Shown here: positions 51,101-64,000 of the stretch, one piece after another
Numbering within the stretch: the first letter of the stretch is position 1
Layout of the letters: the number at the start of each line of letters is the position of its first letter
Assembly: GCA_051362555.1 (NCBI GenBank)
Contig: CM120642.1
Location: forward strand, 30,504,001-30,568,000
Reading direction: 5' to 3'
Source of the DNA: Lingula anatina
Taxonomy: Eukaryota > Animalia > Brachiopoda
DNA: 64,000 nucleotides
The notes under the pieces: model-generated
Databases searched by the model: none
What the model saw: the letters and a program-made list of their open reading frames with translations, nothing else
Told to the model about the DNA's origin: nothing
Position numbers and translations under genes: made by a program

Positions 51101-54100
51101 GTCAAGTTAATTTTAAACACAGCTACTTAAATCTTACCTTTAGAGATTGCCTTGGACAACTTGCTGGCGCGAGATACCTCCTTCTTTCCAGTATCTGTGG
51201 ACTCAAAAGTGTCATTGGAGTATTCACCATTAGCTGAGCCGTTGTGAGTGGTATCATCGCTGGAGTACGATGATCTGAAAGTACAACACGCCCAGGGATG
51301 CAAGAGATGCAGAATAAAATGATGCCTTGAACGCAGCGCATAATTGCACCTAAATTGTTAAAATTAGGCAGTCAAAATTGCAAAGTTTTTTTCATGACTC
51401 ACATAGGGGCAAATGAAACCACTATGAAACGGAAAAACTAGCAATCTCTACTGTAACAGATTTTTTCTTTGCCATTGGCTGAAAATAGTATGAACAATTC
51501 TAACTCAAATTTTTGTGTAACTTGAGAACATTTTCATGGCTCAACAGATCTGAATTGAGTCAGTAGTCTACTGTATCTCTAAGATGCAAATAGAAAAGTA
51601 ACAAATAACTGCAAATATGTCATTTATTATAGTGAAAATGGACTGCATACGGAAGGCGGGAAGGGGGGGGCAAATAATGAAAAAATCTCAATGGGAGATG
51701 TTGGTCTACATGACAAACCAAACAATGAAGACCACAAAAACACACAAATGAATTTTAAAATCCATGACTGAATGAATGAAAGAGACCAAATGAAAAAAAA
51801 AAGCACAGTTACAACTGGCTTAGGTTTTTGTCTGTGAATGGAGGATAGAATAAGGTTTAAAAAAAAAATTAAGCTACTTTTCTGACTCAGTGACATTTTT
51901 CATCTTTTCATTTATTATTATTGCTATTTTTTTAATTAATTAATTAATTAATTAATTAATTAATTAATTTATTTATTTTGGCAATGCAGTTTAATCCTAC
52001 AGGTGTATATTTAAGCTTTGTATTTAAATCGAATGATTGGATATACATATAAATGTATGCTGGTGTGTGGTTAAAATCAGCATATTTTATTTAGCTAGAA
52101 ACCACAGGCAAATGATACAGTCTGTAGGTACAAGTTCATCTATATGGGGAATTTAATGTTCGTAAAGTTCAGCTTTGATGACCATTTAAATCAGGTGTCA
52201 CTCATACTCAATTAAATACATCTAGCTCATCATGCTTAGAGACTCATGCACTAGTGATTCCAAAAAAATTAGCAGAACTTACTTCTGTTTTCTTGGAGTC
52301 TCCGTATGGACCTCTTCTGCTATGCTACTGGCATGCGAAGGAACCTCTTCTGGAACAGAGCTCTCACTTCCACTTCTTCTGTGACCTTCACCCTTGACCT
52401 TGACTTCACCTTTGACCTCACTGGGTACCTCTTCCTGTATGGAACTTTCACTTTCACTTCTGTTGTGGCCTTTGCTCTTGGCATCAGAGACAGAGGGTGT
52501 CTGTAATTGAACAATATCTTTTAAAATACAACACAACCCACACTTTTGATAAATTTGTTGTTCTGTAATTAAAACTTCAAGTTGGTTAAAACATAAAATT
52601 ATATAACAATAACTAGAGGATCAGAGAGGCGATACCGCCTCCGGATATTGTACCACCAGCTGGAGTAAGCGCATTCGAATGGAACCACCCCCCCCCCCCC
52701 AAAAAAAAAAAAAAAGGGACACCACAACCAGTCTTGTCCTTGACAAGCTCTATGCAATAAACAAGAATTTTCAAAATATGCAAAAAAAAAAAAAAAAAGA
52801 AGAAAAAACATAGCATAAAAATGGTCCAATCAAGTGGATTTTCCAATTGGCCTGTATTTTCCTAACATTGATCACTCCTGTGATTTTCTAGACAAAAGGC
52901 CTTTGGTTTTCCTTGAAATGTGTTATCAGTGTTGCATATATGCTGACAAAAGAGAAAACCTAAGGCCAACACTGAGCATATCTCTGCTAGTTTTGAAGAT
53001 ATGAGGGGCAAGAAAATATGCAAAAGTCAGTTCATGGTCTATGATTTCCTATTCAAGTTAAATAGTAACTATGGGTATCTCCTTGCTAATTTTGGAGATA
53101 AAGAGGCCAGAAAACATGCAAAGTACAGTTCATCATAAAAAGTAGGTCAAAGGTCAATTTCAAGGTCACAGTTAGATTGCCAGTATATGACTTCCTGTTC
53201 AGGTTCAATAGTAACTATGGGTATATCTCTGCCAGTTTTCGAGATATAAGGGAGATAATTTTTGCAAAGTTCAGTTCATGGTGAAAAGTAGGTCAAAGGT
53301 CAATTTCAAGGTCACAGATTATCAGTATATGACTTCCTATTCAAGTTCAATAGTAACTAAGGGCTTATCTCTGCTAATTTTTGAGTAATTCACATTTTAT
53401 TTTCACCACTGAATTTTGGATGTTGAACTTTTTGATATAGTGCAATGCCTAAGCCGTATCAAAAACAAAAAAAATGGACACCACCCCCAGTGTTGCCCTT
53501 GACAAGTTCTACAAAATGCAAAAAACAAGAGGTCTCTAGCATTAACGGTTCCAGAATTAGAGAGAATTTTCAGTTTCGGCATCTAATGGCCGCTACTACC
53601 ATGAAAATGCACCGATTGACCCCAAACTCACGAAAATGAAAGATGACCCTAAGGGTAACACCTGCTCATAATATTATAGGTAAGATATGTTTTGTTTCTA
53701 AATATCGGCTGAAATAAAAATTTTCTAGCAAAAAATTCCCTTTTTTAGAAAATTTTGGCCTGTTTGACCTTGAAATAAAGGTCAAAGGTCAAATCCAAGG
53801 GCATATTTGAAATCCTCACATATGACTTTTGGTCAGCCATCTGTAGTAATTTTTCCCATAATTCCATCGGTTTGGGAGATATTTAGCATTGAATTTTCAA
53901 AATTTTTGACAAGGGTGCATTTCAAAGAGCGTCACGCCTAGGTCAATGCACCAACTGAGACAAAAAAACCTGGGGGTTCAAGTTGAGATTATATGTGACC
54001 TAAATCCAAGAGATGGGGACACAGGTCCTTGCGGTCTAGGAGGAGAAGCGGTAACGGTGACTCGTATCCCACGTCATCCTGCGGAGCCGCAGGAGCCGCA

Positions 54101-57100
54101 GGAGCCGGCGGAGCTGTACGAGACGGGTCGGGACTAAAACCATGAGTACCGCCAGCGTACACGCTGGTGGTACTAATAACAGTTTAGAGTTTTGAACAAT
54201 CCTGGGACAATACTTTTGGACAAAAATTCCTTATTCAATGCAACTTTTATGAACATTTCATCCCTTAACAGACATCATGCACAACTGCTCAAATAATTGT
54301 TTTCACATCAAAAGTAAGACCAGCCTGACATGATCAGCAATTCTTTGCATCCCATCAATTCTTATTGCCCAAAAAATGTAATCTTTTGCATTGAACAGTA
54401 TAGTTCTCACTGCCTCATCAGCTGTTATAAATACCATTCTACAAAGCTGTTCACTTTAGAAATCAACACAGAACAGGTTAATACATAATTCTGAGAGATA
54501 ATATTTACAACCACTAATTCACCAAAAATAACCTGAATGCATATGCATGTGAATTATATCACACTATACTTCTGTTGCTTATACCAGCAATGATATTAAA
54601 TATAAAAAGTAACAGATACTACTACTATATTCAGGCTGAAAACAAGATATAAAACAGTTGTCAGAACCATAAAGGTTGACAAACAAAAGAGAGTGTGCAT
54701 GGTCATTTTTGTGCTTGTTAATTATTCTCCACCATGTCCATCCCTTGACATGTTTTTATTCATCCAGTAGAATTAGAATAAAAAGTGTGTAACTCTGATA
54801 CTGGAACTTAAGTAAGCAATTGACTGACGTTCCAAGCCATATGACAATACATCAGGTGACCAGTACATCAGGGACATTTACCTAATGAAAGGTTTCAGGT
54901 TGAGACCCCAATGTTGGGCAGTTGCTAAGTTCCAGTATTAGTTATATTAACTATATTATATATAGTTCTACTTTTACCTGGATATCTTCAGCAATGGAGC
55001 TACCAGTTTTGCTGGCTGTGTGCACCGGGGATGGGACGTCCTCCGCTATGGAGCTCTCGCTACCACTGGCTCCTTGACGTGACCCGTCCAGCCTTGACCC
55101 GTCCAGAACTGGACTTCCGGTGGATGGAGGGAGGTTTTCAGAAATGGAGTGAGATTTCTCCTGGGGCTTGTCTGTAATAGGGTGAATGGTTTTTGAATTT
55201 CAACTAAATAGCCTGAGACACATGCAAAAAATCAACCATGTATCCTTTGTATTAATCAGTACCCTCCTTTTTCATCCAATTAATTTTACCGAGAAACACC
55301 CACTCAGATGTAGGGTCCTCTTAATCTTTTTAGAAATACATCTACCTACTATCTATATCCCCGCAAACACACACACACACGCATGCACGCACACACGCAC
55401 ACACACACACACCACATCAGTAAACATCCACGTAATATTTACAAAAACAGCAATAATGTATAAGAGAAGCATACTTCATGGAGCTGTACTCAGCAATACT
55501 CACCTTTTTCCCTTTTCCCTTCTTTCTCCTTCCCTTTCTTGCCCTTCCTCCTGCGGTCAGCATCGTCCAGTCTGACCTCTACGGCCTGTTGTTCCATCTT
55601 TTTGATCTCCCTCTCCTCTTGGTCAAGACGTTTCTTCCATGCCAGGAGCTCCTCTGCATGTCTTCGGCGCTGTTGGAGCTTTACCTCACGCACTGTCAGG
55701 TGCCTAAAAGGGTATCAGTATATACACATGATAAATGGGCCATTTTCCAAAATAATGCTTCATTTCAAGTTAACTATCAAAATTGCAGGAATATTACACT
55801 TATTACATCATTTCATCACTGCAAATTGCAAGCAATTTTCATGTAACAGTAAAAATTATAAGCCAGTAACACTTGTGAGCTGCAAATGATTTCAACCTCC
55901 AATTTATGTGGTATTTTATATACAGACTGTCCATTATGATAGTTCAATGTCTTAACCATTTAACAGACAACAGACAAATAAGTGTGACTGTTTGTAAAAT
56001 TTGCAACATGTTATTGGAAATATTATTGTCACAGACTTGCCATTCCACAATGCATAAAATCACTTAACTCTTGAATTAGCCTGCCATTTATTGAAAAACT
56101 CGGAAAATATACCATGGGGTCCAGGAAGCCACCTAGGCCAATGAAATTTTTGACTCCCACAAAGTCTGAAATCCACCGACAGTAGCAAAAATCTCATTCC
56201 TGTTAACTTTAACTGTTAAGACATAAGAACTCCTAATATAATTTTACCTTTCATCCAAATGTAACTTTTTCAACTCCTTCATCACTCTGGCATCTGGCCG
56301 TGATGAGGGTGACGGTGAACGGCGACTGGACAACTGACCACTGTCCACATAGACCTCCGTGTCTGACTTGGACTCCTGCCTGGACAGGTGGCTCTGAAGA
56401 AACTCCTCTGGTAACTGGAAGTATTCATTATGAATACATATATATCATATCAACAATATGACGGTGATTTTTCTGCTTTTGTAAATATCTTTCCTTTCTC
56501 CTATACATATGTGTATATCTGAATTTCTAAGCTTAAAGGAATGCTTTGTAAGAAAATATCAATACCAGCATGAGAATATCAATATCTGAGATTACATGGA
56601 ATGTCTAAATTTAAGTTAATTTTCCACAATCTGATTAAAGACTTGGCTTAATATGAAGTATTTTTATTGGATTTTCAAACATTTGATGAATACAAACACT
56701 AATGATTAAAGTCTAATTATAAAATCATTCAATATTTACAATTCTTATAAATAAATGCAATGAAAATACTTCAAGTGAGATATGATTTAATTACAATAAT
56801 TCACAATAAATAAATAAATCACCTGTAAGCTGTCTTTGTGCCCAGTCTCGTCCTCACTGTGTGTAGTTTCGATCCCGTCCCCCTTGCTGTCCTTCAGCTT
56901 GGATTTGACCTGCTGGGCCGACTGGCGGAGACGCGCTATCTCCTGGTGCTGCTGGAGAAGCAACTGGCGCTCACGACTGGCAATTCTATTAGCTTCCTGT
57001 AGTCTCTTGATCTCAGCCTGCAAGGTGAAAGATAGCAATGAAAATGTCACATTCTTTAAATACGTGTACATGTCCAATTGTCACACAGATAATTTGCTGT

Positions 57101-60100
57101 CCTATTTCAGAATCTATTATGCTGTATGTTGATAAACTCATTTCACTGGCAGTACCAGCATAGATTTAAAAAATACATCTCATACATTAGGCAAAAAATA
57201 AGTAAAACCTTTACAATACTCTTGTAATGTGCTGACTTGTAGACTCCACAACTGAAATCTTTATTGTTGGCTCACAGTCTTCTTTAACTATCCCAGAAAA
57301 CTTCATCAATTGTAGGCCCAATTTTAGCAAAGTGACAGTTATGAGACACAACAAACCCTTTGAAAATGACCATACATAACAAAAGATTAAACACAAGTTA
57401 AAAAGATCATCAGTCCATAATACCAACATGCTGTTCTCACCTGTTCTTTCTTATACTTCATAATCAGCCCTCTCTGTTTCTTGACAATCTGCGGATACGC
57501 GTCATCTGAGCCTTTATCTCTCAGCTGCTTTTTCTGCTGGTCCAGCCACGCCAGCTCAGCCTTCATCTTCTCCTCCAATGCTTTCTCACGTAGACGGAAT
57601 AACGCCCCCTAGAAATAACATTTCATTCCAAATTATTATATACATAGGCACCATGACAAAAAAATTCTACAGATAAAATAATTATAACAAAAGTTTAGAA
57701 AGACATTCACTGTAATGTCTAACCCTGTTGGTTCAGTCATTCATGTTTTGGCATCTTATTCCTAGTTTTGAATATATATTTAAGTGCTTATAGGTTACAT
57801 AATTCTGTAATAATTGTAAACAGCACCAAGAGGTTTGTGGAGGGTGGTTTTAATAAATTATTTTTACTATTCACATGTGCTATATATTTGTAAGGGATCC
57901 TGTCAATGTACCTGATGTTTAGCTCTCATTTCTTCTTCCTTCATGTACTGCCTGACCATCTCAGCCGTGAACTTACTGAAAGAGTCTTCACCATGGAATG
58001 GAGCATGTAGCTCTGACACACTCAGCACGCCTGTAACAATATTTGTATATAAGAACTGGTTCTTTTTTCAAAAACTCAACTGACAGTGAACTTTTTATGT
58101 GTATTGAGTAGAAGTGGAAGCAGAAAAAAAAGGAGAAAATTTTTCTATCATTCTGCTTGGTCATTTTGACTTGTTGGTATGACAAAATTGCCTATCATAA
58201 AGAAAAGCTCTGTGTTAAATTGCATCAAAGATGATGCATATATCGAATATCCTAGCCAATGCCAAAAGTTTCTGAGTAAACATGTACATAGCAACTAAAT
58301 AGCAAGCCCCCCCCCCACCCCCAATCTTTTAATTAACAACTTTTTATTGCATAAACAACACACATGTAAAAAGTGTTCCATCAATAGGTTACCCCCCCCC
58401 CCCCCAAACACAAGAGCCTCTCCTGGATCTTCTCACCAGAGATCTGCATCTCTTCAGAGGACAAGGACCCGTGATCCGAAACCCTGTGTTCCTCTTTCTT
58501 TGCCTTACGTCTGTGGGTCTCTGAGGGCAGCAAGGCTCTAAATGATTGGTCTTCAATCTCATCTTCTGTCATGGACTCGTCAAACTTCATAGAGTAGTCT
58601 TTTACAAGGAGAGATGATAAAGGTATTAAAGATTATGATTTATACACAAGTGGATGTGCAGCCTCTATTTGTATAGAAATGACAATGGCTAGACACTAGT
58701 GTGGTACATCATGTTATCGTTACAGGTATGTTAAAATATAACACCCATTGTACCTTATCTAAATATCAAATGCCAAATAACTTTTTCAAAAAACTTTTTT
58801 CTATTACAGTTATTCTTAAACACACTTTATTGCTGTATTTGTTAGATATAAGAAACTGCTACCTTTATCACTGGGGATTTCCTCTGTAACACTCTCAGTC
58901 TTGTCACTGTGAAGATCCTCCACAATGCTCTCTGTCAGGGTCTTGTCTTGGTCTGACTCTTCCTGGTGGCGGGGTTTGGCATCACTGGCTGTCAGTATTG
59001 GAGAATCAGTGTCCTGCGAGGCTCCTCTCCTGCCGGGATCTGACAGATCACTGGCCGTCCTTATGCTTGAAGCACTCTCACTGAAAGATAGATAAACCAT
59101 TGGTGTTTTTCATCCACATAAAATCACTACAAGAAGTAAAGGTCAATCAATCAAAGGACAGCTTTCATGATACTTTTGCCAGTTGGATGCCTTTCTATGA
59201 ACAGAAAGTCTCTGAAGTGATACAGTGCTTAGTGAAACTGCTTATTATGTTCAACTTAAAAGATAACTTTAATCCAAATTAGTATCTTTTCAATGGTCAA
59301 ACTGGTGAAGAAGAACAGATTGAGTACAGTCATTATCATGGTTAACAACTTCAATGAGGACTAGCAGCATCAAACAAAAACCATAAAAAAAGCACACTAA
59401 GAAAAATATTATTATTGCTCCACTTTACCAATTTTTTCAATAAGACATGAAGAATCATTTTTTAGAAAAGAAAATTCTCCAAACAACAAAAGCTAAATAT
59501 CCAATGGGGTACAAAGGGTCAACATATGCCTGTGGAAAAAAATCACTACCAACAATTATCAAAGAACTCAGGAAATCTGTGAAAAAATTTGAATCAAAAA
59601 GATATAAAGCCACAATCAATGACCTTCCAGATTTGGTTTTGGCCTCAGTCTCAGACTTGCTGCCACTCTCAAAGCTGTCTCCCCCGTAGCTGGCAGTGGG
59701 AGGGCTCCGGGTCCTGCTGACGGGACTATAGCTGGCTGTAGGCGGACTTCTGGTCCTGCTCCCTGCAGAGTAAGCCGCTGACACCTGGGTGCTTCTGTCA
59801 TAGGTGTACTGTCGGGCCTGTGATAACAGAATGGTTACAACATAATAAAACAGGACTGGAATTTACAACCATTAATGCACGCAGAAAACATCAATGGTGA
59901 TGAATAATTAATTTGTGATGCACACTGTCACCTGGATTAAACATAAAGTGCAATATGTATAATGGTAACATCTTAGCACAAAAAGAAAATGTCCATGGAT
60001 TAAAAACAGAAAACCAAACCAACACATGTCTGCCTACCTGTCTCCAAAAGTCCATCTGTTGTTGTCTCTGCTGGTCCAGGGCTGCTGTTACTGCTGCTGA

Positions 60101-61345
60101 GGCTGCTGCTGTCGCCACATCACTGGCTATTCTGTTAGAATCCAGGGCCTGGGCTGTGGCTGACTGGGACACTGAGGCCACCTGAAACAAATAATTAATA
60201 TATAAAATATGTGACTTGGAAAAGGATGAATTTTATATTGTGCAAAAGGGAATGAGCATCTGTCATTATTAAGTATTTCATACTGTAAAAGAAAGAAAAA
60301 ATTAAGACTTCTAATATTTGGTGCAATTTATAATTTACTGGCTTTTTGGTGAAAGAAGTTCTGCAGCAGATTTCATTATCTGAAAGATTAAAAGTCAAAC
60401 ATCATGTTGAATTTTCAACATTTCCACAACATCCATTTTTGAAATACCAATCATCTAAAATTTCAAAGCAAAATATATCAAATTAAAAAAAAAATTTACC
60501 TTCTATCAATACAAACTATGAACACTTTTTTTCTATCAACTCACCCCTGCCAGCTGGCGTGCTGCCTCAGCCGTGGCCTTGGCCGCCTCTGCCTGTGTCT
60601 CCAGCAACCTATGTGTGGAGTCTTGAATCTTGGTCGCAGCATCGCCACGGACCTCAGCAATGGCGCGTGCAGCCTCTCGACTGGCCTCGGCTGCTCGCCT
60701 CTGAGCCTCTTCTAGTTGTCTTGTAGACTCCAGGCGCTCTTGTTGCAATTTCATGTGGAGATCTTTCATGTCTTGGTTGTGAGTTTGTTGACGACCCTAA
60801 AGAAAATACAGCATTTTATATTTTTTTATATTTTTCACACACAAACTGGAAATCTCTCTCATATTTTGGCAATCTGTCAGCAAGGGTACAGAAAGTATAT
60901 ATAAAATTGAAATTCCTCTGAATAACAGCAAGTAGGATTTGAGGTATTAAAAATTTAAATTCACTTCACTTTTTAAGCCCTTCGGATAAAAACAGTGTAT
61001 AGACATCTATATAAGAGAAACATAAAAAGTTCTTTAATACGGTTTATTTAAGAACTCCCAGAAAAATGACTTTTTATTAGTACCCATATATGAAATACAC
61101 CATATTCATACCTTCAGAATCTGTGCCAGAGAAACGGTTTCTTGCTGTGCCATGGAGATCCCTCTGGCTCGCTCCACATCAGTCAGGTGGCGTAGGGACT
61201 CCTCCATCCCATCCAACAAGTTGAGCTCGGCCGTCATGCGGCGTTCTAGCATATCAGGTGCCAGCCTGGTCTCTGCAGGGGGATACGACCTGGGAGATCC
61301 TGCCGTCAGCTGAAAGTACATGCAGGGTGTGATAATGATGTCTGG

Positions 61346-61393
<48 letters not shown>

Positions 61394-61396
61394 TAT

Positions 61397-61432
<36 letters not shown>

Positions 61433-62254
61433 CACAGCATAAATTCACTCCCATACTTCAAAAAAGGCATGAACATACATACAAACAATTAAGGGTAACA
61501 AAGTCTGTTCTTAATCTACATCATGACAAGTCAGCATATCACAATAATAACTGCATAATGAGATGAACCTAAAGGTGAGATAACTGGCAAAATTGAAACA
61601 GTGAATTATTTACTTAAAATAAAAGGTCCCATAAGAGTGAGAAGATAGAATCCCACAAAGTGAAAAAAAAAAAAAAAATAAAAAATAATAATAATAATAG
61701 TAAAATGTTTTGTTTATGACCACAACATGAAACCCCTACCAACCTTAGAGGCCAGAGATAAAGGGTCCCTTCTCGTCTCCTCGTCCCCCAGACTAGACAA
61801 GTCCGAGTCCAGAGAGTCGTCCACTCGACTACGGTTACTAGGGACAAGGGAGAGGGACTGGACTGGCTTAGGACTGGGCGGACTCTCTCTGACATCCTCA
61901 TCACTAGAACAGATGTGTACGTAATGGTAGTAATAATAGTGGCCATATATTCAATTTACTTATTGTAGGTTGGTAACCAAGTCAAGTACTACAGCTGGGT
62001 ATTGCAAGTATTAAACTCTGTTTATCACAGAAAAATATCATGAAAAATAAATACAAAAAGATAAAATTCTCCACATAAAAAGTTGTATATAATACAGATC
62101 TATTAAGAAAATAGGCTTCTGGGGTGAGGGTGAGGTTGGAAAAAAATTGCCCTGATACCCCACTCACCTTTCAAGTGACTGTGTGAGGGAATCCCCCAAC
62201 GTGTCTTCTTCCCTCTTATCGTCTCTCTCTCCAGGTGATAGATTTTCTTCATTC
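42641..62254 (-). CDS. CEP350: Centrosome-associated protein 350 (CAP-Gly), 3' part; 5' exons lie beyond the window
   Basis: >20 exons. CAP-Gly domain (IGDRVLI...GVELDTAEGEGDGTKNGVHYFDCKPMHGVFV) in the 2.4-kb exon ~47388-44985. C-terminus VDLILVQELREEEPSWVNYDDDELAVKFQLADAIFDSLL. Other motifs: SFRALLPSETHRR, KAELAWLDQQK, AELNLLDGMEESLRHLTDVERARGISMAQQETVSLAQILK, ETASDQSDVEGRIRAL. Confidence 0.92.
52610..54177 (+). mobile_element. Helentron/HINE-like non-autonomous element (possibly nested) in a CEP350 intron
   Basis: Starts aactagag... with subterminal gtaccaccagc (~52650). Ends in hairpin gtaccgccagcgt-ac-acgctggtggtac (~54146-54173). Internal ~125-bp tandem units with ggtcaaaggtca/tatgacttcctattcaagttcaatagtaact (53030-53380). 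Confidence 0.65.
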
Positions 62255-63524
62255 CTACAATGAACAAATAGCCTTTAAGTTTGTTTTCTGTTTGTTTTGT
62301 TTTAAGAATCAATTTTTTTATGCTTTTCTACCAATAAATGCCATAATTTCTCCAGTGTTTACAACCCCTATTCCTTTTATAATTATTCAATATTTGATCC
62401 AAACAGACTGGAGTAACAGCCATGTTTATTTTCATTAAGCCAAGTTCTTTACAGAACATACATAATAGTTCTGACTTCTGCTGTGTATCAGTCAAAATGC
62501 TGGGTTTTTATGCAGCTGACAAAAAAATTCATGTAGAACTAATACAAACTAGCTCTATCAAACGAGTGAAAAAATTCAATTCATATGACACAGTTTTGTC
62601 TCCCTCTGTATCTAATATGCACCATCACCAATAAAAAGACATCATAAATATCTGTATTGAAGCTGTATTCATAATCATATAATAAGGCACAGGTAACAGT
62701 GGTCTGTTAGAAGCCATACAGGTATAAGCACATCACAATTTCAAGCTATAGCTGAGTGCAAAATAGCTGTCAATTAGCTATACTTAATGATTTAGCTTTG
62801 AGCCAGTATATTCAAAGTAGACATACTGTATACCTTGTGTAATTTAGAGGCCAATACCAAATAAAACAAAAGCTGTTTTTCATCATCAGGTTAAAACTAC
62901 CATGTTGATTTTAACATCAAAATAAATGAAATTCACCTCTTGCATTATACCCTTTCATTAATTAATCGTAAGTTATCACTTATCCAAAGATCCAGGAAGC
63001 AAACTGTACAGGGCTGCAATGCTCTGTATTCTCACATGCATAAGCATAAATTAAGTGAAAGTCAGCAACCATATCAAGGCATATGTGGATATAAAGCTAG
63101 TGGATTCCATGACAATCACCATAAGCTGTTACATAGTCATGTTCAGACGCTTGCTTGCTTCATGCAACATGAACAGAATTAGGTATAAATTTCACTTCCA
63201 GAAGACCCTGGCCTTGACCTTCATGACCTTGACCTTCCTGAGGTCACCCTGAGTTTTTAAGCCTATTGGAAACTTGCCTCAAATTAAGTGATAATGCTGG
63301 TTAAAGCATTTCCAACAGACCTTGGATGCCAAGGTATCAGAACGTGGCAGGTGTAAACAGAATAGTGGTCAAAATACAAGATGGTCCTTCCAAACATATA
63401 CACATAAAATTATATACATTACTAGTAATTATATCGCAAGGTGTTTCCTATGTCTTCCCATAACATAATTTGTTGTTAAACAGTTATTTATGTATTATAT
63501 ATTTTATACACAGTCAGCTTCTAG

Positions 63525-63644
<120 letters not shown>

Positions 63645-64000
63645 CAATATTAGCATAGTCATCAACTGTCACAATTGGTACAGAGTGGACAATACATTAT
63701 ATTGCACAACCCAACCCAAACTCAGGCAAACTCAACCATGATCCACACCCAACCCAGCAATATTTTAAACAAATAAATATGTATAATAAATAAAAAAGAA
63801 AAACGTAATGAATTTAACTGAATATCAGATATTAATGCACAAAATATTATATTTGATATCAAACAATTATTAAAAATAACACTATTGCACCTCTGACTCT
63901 AAGAAGTATTAAGAAATTCCTTTAATGCACATTAACCCCCAACTGATTATTATATATATATATATAAATATCATAATGTATAGGAACCATAATACACAAG

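Noticed and set aside
63180-63400. Possible additional CEP350 exon (tgaccttga-rich)
   Set aside because: Stops occur in all three minus-strand frames over the part examined; more likely a repeat relic.

Overview
Intron-rich, AT-rich animal genomic DNA, probably a lophotrochozoan such as a mollusc (inferred from repeat content and gene style, not proven). Left to right: (1) a 6+-exon S1A serine protease gene (-) with a 5'-truncated RTE LINE in its last intron; (2) a 3.7-kb non-autonomous DNA transposon with ~800-bp TIRs (Academ-like); (3) two tandem 5-exon GDAP1-like GST genes (-); (4) RPS18 (-) and VPS52 (+) head-to-head with start codons 57 bp apart. RPS18 hosts a candidate H/ACA snoRNA and VPS52 has two U12-type introns; (5) the standout, an 18-exon + strand gene (31194-40782) that I spliced by hand into one uninterrupted ~1325-aa ORF. 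It has an N-terminal chymotrypsin-fold protease-like domain with an apparent His/Glu/Cys triad, a Roc GTPase interrupted by a CxxC..CxxC zinc ribbon, a COR domain and a C-terminal caspase (SHG / SACQS); (6) the 3' part of CEP350 (-), running off the right edge. MITEs, a Helentron-like element, foldbacks and microsatellites are interspersed. Gene models come from manual translation and splice-phase checking only; no database searches were run.
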